From Gemmata obscuriglobus (lineage in GTDB: Bacteria > Planctomycetota > Planctomycetia > Gemmatales > Gemmataceae), in contig NZ_CP042911.1 of assembly GCF_008065095.1 (NCBI RefSeq), forward strand, positions 8,967,202-8,999,201: DNA of 32,000 nucleotides, read 5' to 3'. The position numbers and the translations under genes were made by a program. Within the stretch, counting starts at the first letter, position 1. Each line of letters starts with the position of its first letter. Below, piece after piece: positions 17,143 through 24,509 of this stretch. The notes under the pieces were generated by a model that saw only the letters and a program-made list of their open reading frames with translations, was not told where the DNA came from and ran no database searches.

Positions 17143-19416
17143 TCAGTCGCCCAGCTCCCGGAAGATGCGATCGAACTGCGGGGCCGCCTGGAGGAACGCC
17201 TCGCGCAGCCCGGGGTCGAACTGGCCCTCCGATTTCTCGGTGATCACGAGCACCGCCGTGTGGTGTGACAGGGCGGGCTTGTACACGAGCCGGCTCCGCA
17301 TCGCGTCGTACACGTCCGCGAACGCCACCAGCCGGGCGACCAGCGGGATGCCCTCGCCCGACAGCCGGTCCGGGTACCCGCTCCCGTCCCAGCGCTCGTG
17401 GTGCCCCCGCGCGATGTCGATCGCCACGTGCAAGAAGCCGGTCGCGAACGGGTGCTGACGGGCCACCTCGCGGAGCGTGTCCGCCCCGATGGTGGTGTGG
17501 GCCTCCATCAGCGTGCGCTCGCCCTCGTCGAGCCGGCCGGGCTTGTTCAGGATGTGGTCCGGCAGCGCCGCCTTGCCGATGTCGTGGAGCGGCACCGCGT
17601 CCTCGAGCACCCGGATGAAGGTGGCGTCGATCTGGGGCGCGTAGGCGGGCAGGGCGGCGGCCCCCTCGGCGAGGGCGCGGCAGTACCGCTGGAGCCGCTG
17701 CAAGTGCCGGCCGCTCTCCGCGGACCGGTGCTCGACCAGCTTCGCGAGCGCGAGCACCAGCCCGTTGCGGGCGCGGAGCAACTCGCCGTCGCGGGCCTCA
17801 AGGGCCTGCTCCAGTTCGGCGTTGACGGTGAGCAGCTCGCGGTTCAGCACGTCCGCGCGGTCCTGTGCGTCCTTCAGGCGCAGCGCGGCCTTAACCCGGG
17901 CGCGGAGCTGCACCACGCTGAACGGCTTGGTGAGGAAGTCGTCGGCGCCGGCCAGCATGATGCGCGACAGCTCGTCGCCGCTGGCGGCCCCGGAGAACAT
18001 CACCACCTTCAGGTGCCGGGTGGGCTGGCGCTGGCGCAGCCGGCGCAACACCTCCTCGCCGCTGAACCCGGGCAGGTCCACGTCCAACAGGACCAAGTCG
18101 TAGGCCTTTTGACACGCCAGCGCGACCGCGTCCGGGCCGTTACCGACCTCCTCGCACTGGAGCCCCTCGGCCCCGAGCGCGACCCGACACAGCCGGCGGA
18201 TGTCTATCTGATCGTCGACGATAAGAACGCGCCCCGGCGAGGTGTGCGTGGTCGCGCACGGGCCGCTGTCCGCAGACGCCCGCGCGCCGCCGGGGGGTGG
18301 GGTGAGCGGCCCCTGCGCACGGGCGGGCAGAGCGCCCGCGCTCGCCGGGAGGAACGCGAGCAGCGCCCGCATCGCGGCCTCGGCCGTCGGGTACCGCTGC
18401 GCGGGCTCCGCGGCCATCATCCGGCTCACCACCGCGTCGAGCCCGGCGGGCACCTCGGGCCGCAACGCCCGGGCGCTGGGCGTGGGGCCGAACGCGGCCG
18501 TCACGCTCGAAAACGGGGCCTGGCCGGTGAGCGCGAAGTAGAGCGTGCAGCCGAGCCCGAAGACGTCGGCCCGGGCGTCCACGTCGTGCGCGTTGCGGGC
18601 CTGTTCGGGCGCCATGTACCCGACCGTGCCGAGCTGCGCGCCGGTGCGGGTGATGCGCTCCTCCCCGGGCAGCCGCGCGAGCCCGAAGTCGAGCAGCTTG
18701 GCCTGCCCGTCGGGCGTGACCAGCACGTTGGACGGCTTGATGTCGCGGTGGACGAGTTTCAGCCGGTGCGCTTCGATCAGCGCGTCGGCGATCTGGTGCG
18801 CGATCTGGCACGCGAACCCGACGGACAGCGGGGCCGCCGCGGCGACGCGCTCCAGGTCCGCCCCCGCGAGAAACTCCATCACGAAGTACGGCAGCGCCGG
18901 AACGTCCGGGCCGCGGGCCGGCTCCTCCCCGGCGTCGATCGCGGCGACGATGTTGGGGTGCTTGAGCTGCCCGACGGCGCGGGCCTCGAGAAAGAACCGC
19001 GCGAGCATCCGCGGGTTCACCTCCGGCGACGGCTGCAGCACCTTCACCGCGACGACCGTACGCAACTGCCGGTGCTCGGCGCGGTACACCACGCCCATGC
19101 CGCCGGTGCCGATCCGATCGAGTAACCGGTAGTTGCCGAGGGTGAGGCCGTGGAGACGGCCGGTGCGCACGCGGGCGGCCTGGAACTCGGTGAGCAGGCG
19201 GGTGCGAACGAGTTGATCGAGCAGGGCGGCGGCGGAGGGCGCGTGATCGACGGCGAACCGGTCCGCGGCGTCAAGCGCCTCGTAGCTCTCGTTCGCCACA
19301 ACCCCGCTGGCGAGCAGTTCGCGCAACAGGGCGGTCGGGTCGGTGTCTCGCATGGGGGGCAACAGCGCGGCAACCGAGCGCGGGAAGACGGAAGTACCCA
19401 CGGCTGACGACTCCAT
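17143..19416 (-). CDS. multidomain signalling protein: Hanks-type Ser/Thr kinase + response-regulator receiver + HD-GYP domain
   Basis: Single uninterrupted 757-aa ORF. Kinase, about aa 96-354 (nt 18355-19131): GTGGMGVVY, VAVKVL, HRDIKPSNVLV, DFGLAR, GTVGYMAPE. REC, about aa 396-512 (nt 17881-18231): VLIVDDQ, LVLLDVDLPG, FLTKPF. HD-GYP, about aa 551-745 (nt 17182-17766): PLHDIGK, HHERWDGSGYP. Confidence 0.9.
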   Translation of the reverse strand: MESSAVGTSVFPRSVAALLPPMRDTDPTALLRELLASGVVANESYEALDAADRFAVDHAPSAAALLDQLVRTRLLTEFQAARVRTGRLHGLTLGNYRLLDRIGTGGMGVVYRAEHRQLRTVVAVKVLQPSPEVNPRMLARFFLEARAVGQLKHPNIVAAIDAGEEPARGPDVPALPYFVMEFLAGADLERVAAAAPLSVGFACQIAHQIADALIEAHRLKLVHRDIKPSNVLVTPDGQAKLLDFGLARLPGEERITRTGAQLGTVGYMAPEQARNAHDVDARADVFGLGCTLYFALTGQAPFSSVTAAFGPTPSARALRPEVPAGLDAVVSRMMAAEPAQRYPTAEAAMRALLAFLPASAGALPARAQGPLTPPPGGARASADSGPCATTHTSPGRVLIVDDQIDIRRLCRVALGAEGLQCEEVGNGPDAVALACQKAYDLVLLDVDLPGFSGEEVLRRLRQRQPTRHLKVVMFSGAASGDELSRIMLAGADDFLTKPFSVVQLRARVKAALRLKDAQDRADVLNRELLTVNAELEQALEARDGELLRARNGLVLALAKLVEHRSAESGRHLQRLQRYCRALAEGAAALPAYAPQIDATFIRVLEDAVPLHDIGKAALPDHILNKPGRLDEGERTLMEAHTTIGADTLREVARQHPFATGFLHVAIDIARGHHERWDGSGYPDRLSGEGIPLVARLVAFADVYDAMRSRLVYKPALSHHTAVLVITEKSEGQFDPGLREAFLQAAPQFDRIFRELGD

Positions 19417-19680
19417 GTGAGCCGGTGTGCGATCCGTCGCGCGGAGCAGTCGAACCTCGCGCCCGCCGCACCCAAAAACGGGCCGCGCGTCACGAGTTCA
19501 GTTATCGCATGATTCTAAGCCGAATTTGCCCTAGCAACAGAGATCTTCGGCGAAAAGCGCATAATCCCTCCCTCCGGAGTAAGGGAACTCAACCGCTTTA
19601 CGCAGAATTCGCGCCTAACCGGAGTGACCGCTTGTGACCCGCCAAGAGTTTACTCCTGCGGGCTGGTGCTGCGTGTGAAG

Positions 19681-20370
19681 CTACCGCAACTTCAGTTGCT
19701 TGAAGAGGTCTTCGGTCCAGGTGCGGTGGGCGGACGAGAGCGGCACATCGGGCGGCGGCGGGCTCTTGTAATCAATTTGGCCGGCAAAGCTCCCGAGGTC
19801 GTAGGCACGACCGAAAGCGGCCTGCAAGTCGAGCAGCGCGTCGCGGTCGTCGGCCGCGAGCGGGAGCTTGAACTTCGGCAGCTTCTTCTGGAGCGTCGCG
19901 GTGTAAATCTCGTACCGGTCCGGGGCGTTCGAGCGTGTCACCGTGACCGCGTAGTCGTACTCCGGCAGACCGTCGCGCGAGTACGTGAGCAGCGGCTTAC
20001 CCTGTAACACAATGTCGATTTCGACAACCCCGGCCCGTTGCGCCAGGGCCTGCTGACGGGCGTGGAGGTACGCGGCGCGCCCGGCGGGGGTGGTTTTGTT
20101 CGCGGGGCACACCACTTCGAGCAGCGTCACCAGCTTGCCATCGGAGCGGTTGCGGATCTCAATGAACTCCTCCGCGAACTCCTCACGGACGATGGAAGTG
20201 AACAGCGGCATCTCGGAGGTGTAGGTGCGGGTGCCGACGCGGGCGCGGTAACGGTCCACAAGACCCGGGAGGAGAATTTGGTACAGGCACGCGAGGAGTT
20301 GGTGCTGGAACGCGGGCCAGAGTTTCGGCGTTTCGAGGTACGGGTCCATGCCAGGAAACGGGCTGGGCAT
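19681..20370 (-). CDS. DUF4058 family protein
   Basis: The N-terminus MPSPFPGMDPYLE...LWPAFQHQLL is the hallmark of DUF4058. The internal EEFIEI ... LLEVVCPANK pattern is also present. Confidence 0.85.
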   Translation of the reverse strand: MPSPFPGMDPYLETPKLWPAFQHQLLACLYQILLPGLVDRYRARVGTRTYTSEMPLFTSIVREEFAEEFIEIRNRSDGKLVTLLEVVCPANKTTPAGRAAYLHARQQALAQRAGVVEIDIVLQGKPLLTYSRDGLPEYDYAVTVTRSNAPDRYEIYTATLQKKLPKFKLPLAADDRDALLDLQAAFGRAYDLGSFAGQIDYKSPPPPDVPLSSAHRTWTEDLFKQLKLR

Positions 20371-20529
20371 TGCGGTGATCTCCGTGTGGCACCGGTTCCA
20401 GTCCCGGGGTGCGTTCCGACCCCAGGCGGCTCGACGGCACCGAGTGAGTTGTGGCTCCTGTGCATTGTAGCGGCTGGGGGGCGGCGGCGCGAAGTGCGGA
20501 TGCCCGAACTTACTCTTACCGCCGTTGAT

Positions 20530-20543
20530 GTTCCACGTGGAAC
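20530..20543. promoter_or_regulatory. 14-bp perfect palindrome in a divergent intergenic region (candidate operator)
   Basis: GTTCCACGTGGAAC at 20530-20543, directly 5' of an AT-rich patch (about 20545-20600). The region lies between DUF4058 (minus) and the LRR gene (plus). Confidence 0.25.
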
Positions 20544-20683
20544 GCTATCTCATTGTTATTATCTTTCCGGCACGAGTGATTTTGACGAATTTGTATCGGG
20601 CGGCCGCCGTTTGCTCCGCGCCGCACGCGCGTTAACATCATCGTCTCTGGTCCGCTCCGTCACACGCCGAAGGCGCGATCGTC

Positions 20684-21853
20684 ATGTTGCGGGTGTTGCT
20701 GCTCGGGGTTGGTACGGTCTGGAGTTTCCCGGCCCGCGCGGGCGACGAAACGGCGGCCGTTCAGTTCGTTGAAAAGTCGGGCGGGCGGGTGTTCCTATCG
20801 GACGGTGCGGTAACCGGAGTCGACCTGTCTGGCGCGAAGACGTTTACCGATGCCGGGCTCAAGGAACTCAGCTTGTTCGCCGGTCTGACGAACCTCAACC
20901 TCACTAACACTCAGGTAACGGACGCCGCGTTAAAAGACGTGGCCCGGTTCCCGAAGTTGACCGTTCTCAACGTCTCCTACACACAGATCACGGACGAAGG
21001 GTTGAGGGAAATTGCAGGCCTGACGGAGCTGACGGACCTCGTCCTCGATTACACGAAGGTGTCTGGCAGCGGCCTCAAACACCTGGCGGCCCTGACCAAA
21101 CTGAGGACACTCTCACTCGGCTCAAAAATTGTAACTGATGCCGGGCTGAGGGGACTGGTCGGGGTGCGCGGGCTCCGCCAACTCGACCTACGAGAGACCA
21201 GCGTCACCGACGCGGGACTGAAAGAAATCGCTCCGCTCTCGGAACTCAAAACCCTCATGCTGGTGAACGCGCCGGTGACCGGCCCCGGCCTCAAGGACCT
21301 CGCGCTCCTGACCAAGTTGCAGTTCTTGTTCCTGAGCGGGACGCGAATCACCGGTGACGGGTTGAGCGAACTGACCGGCCTCAAGAGCCTCAGGTTACTT
21401 GAACTCGGAGGCACGCCGCTCACGGACGCGGGGCTGAAACAGTTGGCCGGGTTCGACACGCTCGGCCACCTCGGCTTGTCCAACACCAAGGTCACCGGCG
21501 CGGGGCTGAAAGAACTTGCCGCCCTCAAGCAGTTATCCGGACTCGACCTCGGCTCCACAAAAATCACTGACGCGGATCTGAAAGAAATCGCGGCACTCAC
21601 GAACCTCACCGGGCTCACGATGCGCGACACACCAGTAACGGACGCCGGCGTCCGCAACCTGGCCCCGTTAACCAAACTTCGGCGCCTAAATCTGACGCAC
21701 ACGAAGGTGACGAACGCGTGCGCGAAGACACTCGCCACGTTCAAGCACTTAACCAGCGTTGATTTGCACCAAACCGACGTGACCGAAGAGGGAGGGAAAG
21801 AACTCAAAGCGGCACTGCCGAATTGCCAATTCATCATCAGCCAGCGGAAGTAG
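20684..21853 (+). CDS. secreted leucine-rich repeat protein (about 13-14 repeats of 24-25 aa)
   Basis: ATG at 20684 with signal MLRVLLLGVGTVWSFPARAGD. The unit L..L..L.L..T.VTDAGLKEL is repeated, for example VTDAGLKEI, VTGPGLKDL, LTDAGLKQL, VTGAGLKEL and ITDADLKEI. Confidence 0.9.
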   Translation: MLRVLLLGVGTVWSFPARAGDETAAVQFVEKSGGRVFLSDGAVTGVDLSGAKTFTDAGLKELSLFAGLTNLNLTNTQVTDAALKDVARFPKLTVLNVSYTQITDEGLREIAGLTELTDLVLDYTKVSGSGLKHLAALTKLRTLSLGSKIVTDAGLRGLVGVRGLRQLDLRETSVTDAGLKEIAPLSELKTLMLVNAPVTGPGLKDLALLTKLQFLFLSGTRITGDGLSELTGLKSLRLLELGGTPLTDAGLKQLAGFDTLGHLGLSNTKVTGAGLKELAALKQLSGLDLGSTKITDADLKEIAALTNLTGLTMRDTPVTDAGVRNLAPLTKLRRLNLTHTKVTNACAKTLATFKHLTSVDLHQTDVTEEGGKELKAALPNCQFIISQRK

Positions 21854-21855
21854 GG

Positions 21856-21888
21856 CCGCGGGGCGGTGGTCTGTGCCCCGCCCCACGG
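21856..21888. terminator. imperfect GC hairpin between the convergent LRR and cysK genes
   Basis: ggggcgg at 21860-21866 pairs with ccgcccc at 21878-21884, plus 3 flanking bp. There is no T-tract. Confidence 0.3.
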
Positions 21889-21894
21889 GGCCGG

Positions 21895-22887
21895 TCAATC
21901 CTGCGGGTACAGCGCGGTGCTGAGGTACCGCTCGCCGAGGTCCGGCAGCACCACCACGATCACCTTCCCGGCGTTCTCGGGGCGGTGGGCGATTTTCACC
22001 GCCGCGTGGGCCGCGGCGCCGCACGAGATGCCGCACAGCATCCCTTCTTCTTTCGCGAGCCGCCGGCCCATCTCGAAAGCTTCGTCGTCGGTCACCTGAA
22101 CGACCTCGTCGATGATCGCGGTGTTCAGCACGTCCGGCACGAACCCGGCGCCGATGCCCTGGATCTTGTGCGGCCCCAGCGGCTTCACCTGGTCCTTCGG
22201 CACCCCTTGAACGATGTGCTGCGTCAGAACCGGGCTTTGCGTCGGTTCGACGGCGATACACTTCACCGACGGCTTGCGCGACTTCAGCACCTCGCCGCAC
22301 CCGGTGATCGTCCCGCCGGTACCGACGCCCGACACCAAAATGTCGATCGTTCCGCCGGTCGCGCGCCAGATCTCCTCGGCCGTCGTGCGGCGGTGGACAT
22401 CGGGGTTCGCCGGGTTCTTGAACTGCTGCGGGATGAACGCCTTCGGCTCGCCGCCCGCTTCCTGGAACATTTCCATCGCCTTCGACACGGCGCCTTTCAT
22501 TCCCAGCTCGCGTGGCGTCAGGACGAGTGTGGCGCCGAGCGCCTTCAGGAGGCGCTGGCGCTCCAACGACATGCTTTCGGGCATCGCCACCGCGAGTTTG
22601 TAACCCCGTGCAGCGCACGTGAACGCGAGACCGATACCGGTGTTACCGCTCGTCGGTTCAACGATGAGCGTGTTCGGCCCGATCTTGCCGGCTTTCTCCG
22701 CGGCGTCGATCATCGCCACCCCGATGCGGTCCTTCACCGACCACAACGGGTTGAAGTTCTCCAGCTTACCGATCACCGTGGCTTTCGCGTCACCCACTAC
22801 CTTCCGAAGGCGGATGCACGGAGTGTTCCCGAACGTCTGCGTGATGTCGTCGTAAACGTGACCGCGAAAGGTGGTATCGGTGGCCAT
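21895..22887 (-). CDS. cysK: cysteine synthase A (O-acetylserine sulfhydrylase)
   Basis: ATG at 22887. Motifs: [19 protein letters not shown] (PLP lysine), [30 protein letters not shown]. Confidence 0.92.
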   Translation of the reverse strand: MATDTTFRGHVYDDITQTFGNTPCIRLRKVVGDAKATVIGKLENFNPLWSVKDRIGVAMIDAAEKAGKIGPNTLIVEPTSGNTGIGLAFTCAARGYKLAVAMPESMSLERQRLLKALGATLVLTPRELGMKGAVSKAMEMFQEAGGEPKAFIPQQFKNPANPDVHRRTTAEEIWRATGGTIDILVSGVGTGGTITGCGEVLKSRKPSVKCIAVEPTQSPVLTQHIVQGVPKDQVKPLGPHKIQGIGAGFVPDVLNTAIIDEVVQVTDDEAFEMGRRLAKEEGMLCGISCGAAAHAAVKIAHRPENAGKVIVVVLPDLGERYLSTALYPQD

Positions 22888-23245
22888 TGAAGGTTCCCCC
22901 CGCTCGAAGAGTCAGAATGCTGAGTCAGGTTCTATTGTATCGGGAAATGTAAGCTCGCGAAGAAGCGCGGGCGTGCGAAATCGCCCTCAGCCGGTGACAG
23001 TCAGTTCTGCCTTCGGGTCACAGTCGAGCAGCGCGGCGTAATCGGGAATCTGATGAGAGGCGTGTGCGCGTGGTACAGGGCACCGCCGCAAAGGGTTAAC
23101 GTTACAGGGCGCCAAGCACTATTGAGCCGAGAGCGGGCCGAAATTCCGGAGTAGTGTAACTTTCCGACGGAGAATTGTTCGCTCCGGAAACTTGTTGTAC
23201 CGTATCGGGACCGCCGGCACCACCAACACGCCCGAGAACGAGCCG

Positions 23246-23773
23246 ATGAGCGCGCCCGAGTACGTTCGCGTCCCGTGTTCCGAGTGCCAAGCCAACGTCA
23301 AGGTTGAAACGGCCGACCTCGGCGAGTGGGTTACTTGTCCGAAGTGCGATCAGGACTTTGTCGCGAAAGACCCAAACGCACCGAAACCGAAGCCGAAGGC
23401 ACGCCCGGTTGCGCGAAGCGATGACGACGACCGCCCGCGCCGTGGCAAAAGTCGTGGCCCCGCCAACGACTTCGACTTCGACCGCGCGGTGGGCGAAGAG
23501 GACGATGAAGATGACCGCCCGCGCCGCCGTGGGCCGCGCCCGGGAACGTGCCCGAATTGCGGGAACCGCCGATCCACAAAGGTGTCATTCACGTGGTGGG
23601 GCGGGCTCATCGGGCCAGCGATCTTTGGATTGGTGTCCTGCACCCGGTGCCGCACGCAGTACATGAAGAACAGCGGCCAAAAGCTCGGGGTGCTTCAAAT
23701 CGGCTTGTACTCTCTGGCCGTCTTTGCGATCGGCGTGGGCGTATTTTTCGCCCTTCAGTTCGCCGCGCGGTAA
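23246..23773 (+). CDS. hypothetical membrane-anchored protein with two zinc-ribbon-like CxxC pairs
   Basis: ATG at 23246; the track start at 23192 is a TTG. CSECQ...CPKCD at the N-terminus, then a highly charged linker (DDDDRPRRGKSRG...EEDDEDDRPRRRGPRPG), then CPNCG...CTRC flanking one hydrophobic segment, and a C-terminal TM helix LYSLAVFAIGVGVFFALQF. Confidence 0.6.
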   Translation: MSAPEYVRVPCSECQANVKVETADLGEWVTCPKCDQDFVAKDPNAPKPKPKARPVARSDDDDRPRRGKSRGPANDFDFDRAVGEEDDEDDRPRRRGPRPGTCPNCGNRRSTKVSFTWWGGLIGPAIFGLVSCTRCRTQYMKNSGQKLGVLQIGLYSLAVFAIGVGVFFALQFAAR

Positions 23774-23821
23774 CCGGCACCCGTGCGGAATGCGGTGCGC
23801 GCACGAAACAGCAGCGAACAA

Positions 23822-24436
23822 TCACGGGAGCAAATCGGCGACGGGAATCGAGGTGACCGTCGTGCCGTCGAGAACGAGCGGAACCGCGTCGCCGGGTGTG
23901 TAGTTTTGCACAGAAGCGTAGGCCGGAGCGGCGCCCGGGCCGGACGGTTGCGTGTGAACCTCGACCCGGCGCTCTTCAAGATTGATGATCCAGTAGCAAG
24001 CGACATTCGCGCGGGCGTAAATGCGGGCCTTGTCGCGCTGGTCGCGGAGCAGCGACGCGTTCGCAACTTCGATCACCAGCGCCGTGTCATCCGGGGTCGG
24101 GTGTCGCGTCGTGTAATCGGCCGGGTCTTCGCGAACGACCGCGAAATCCGGCTCCGGGCGACTATCAGAAAGTGCCAGCGTGCCCTGTTCGCGGATATCC
24201 CATCCTGTCGGTAGCGCACGTGAGAGTCGCTTACGAATACGGAGTGCCGTGCCGTCGTGCGCAGGATTCTTGGGCATCTTGAGCACCACGTAGTTTTCAA
24301 GCAGTTCGACGTCGTCGTCCGGCGTAAAGATCCCCGCCCCAACCATGCGGTCGTACCGCTCGGTTGAGAACTTCGCGATCGACGCCTCGTTCAGGAACGT
24401 CGGCGTGAAAGGCGCGGCGGTCAGTACAGCGGACAT
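23822..24436 (-). CDS. Uma2-family (DUF820) putative PD-(D/E)XK endonuclease
   Basis: FSTERYDRMVGAGIF...ELLENYVVLKMP...PEPDFAVV...ALVIEVANASLLRDQRDKARIYARANVACYWIINL matches the Uma2 pattern. Confidence 0.85.
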   Translation of the reverse strand: MSAVLTAAPFTPTFLNEASIAKFSTERYDRMVGAGIFTPDDDVELLENYVVLKMPKNPAHDGTALRIRKRLSRALPTGWDIREQGTLALSDSRPEPDFAVVREDPADYTTRHPTPDDTALVIEVANASLLRDQRDKARIYARANVACYWIINLEERRVEVHTQPSGPGAAPAYASVQNYTPGDAVPLVLDGTTVTSIPVADLLP

Positions 24437-24509
24437 GTGAGCCCTCCTTGAGCGTCCCCCGATTTATACCGCGAAGCAGCGCCGCCCCTCCAGCCGGGTT
24501 GACGCGCCG

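Noticed and set aside
14849-17458. Very long ORFs antisense or out of frame to recognised genes. Examples: 869 aa at 14849-17458 (+) opposite speA, 460 aa at 198-1580 (-), 575 aa at 17398-19125 (+), 466 aa at 29932-31332 (-), 390 aa at 28656-29828 (-).
   Set aside because: Their translations are Arg/Ala/Gly/Pro/Val-rich low-complexity strings with no motifs. They fully overlap genes with clear family signatures. Long stop-free alternative frames are expected at this GC content.
23050-23057. CTGATGAG, the hammerhead-ribozyme core box, in the cysK / zinc-ribbon intergenic region.
   Set aside because: No correctly placed GAAA box, no stem II hairpin, and no stem I/III complementarity around it. 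An 8-mer match is expected by chance.
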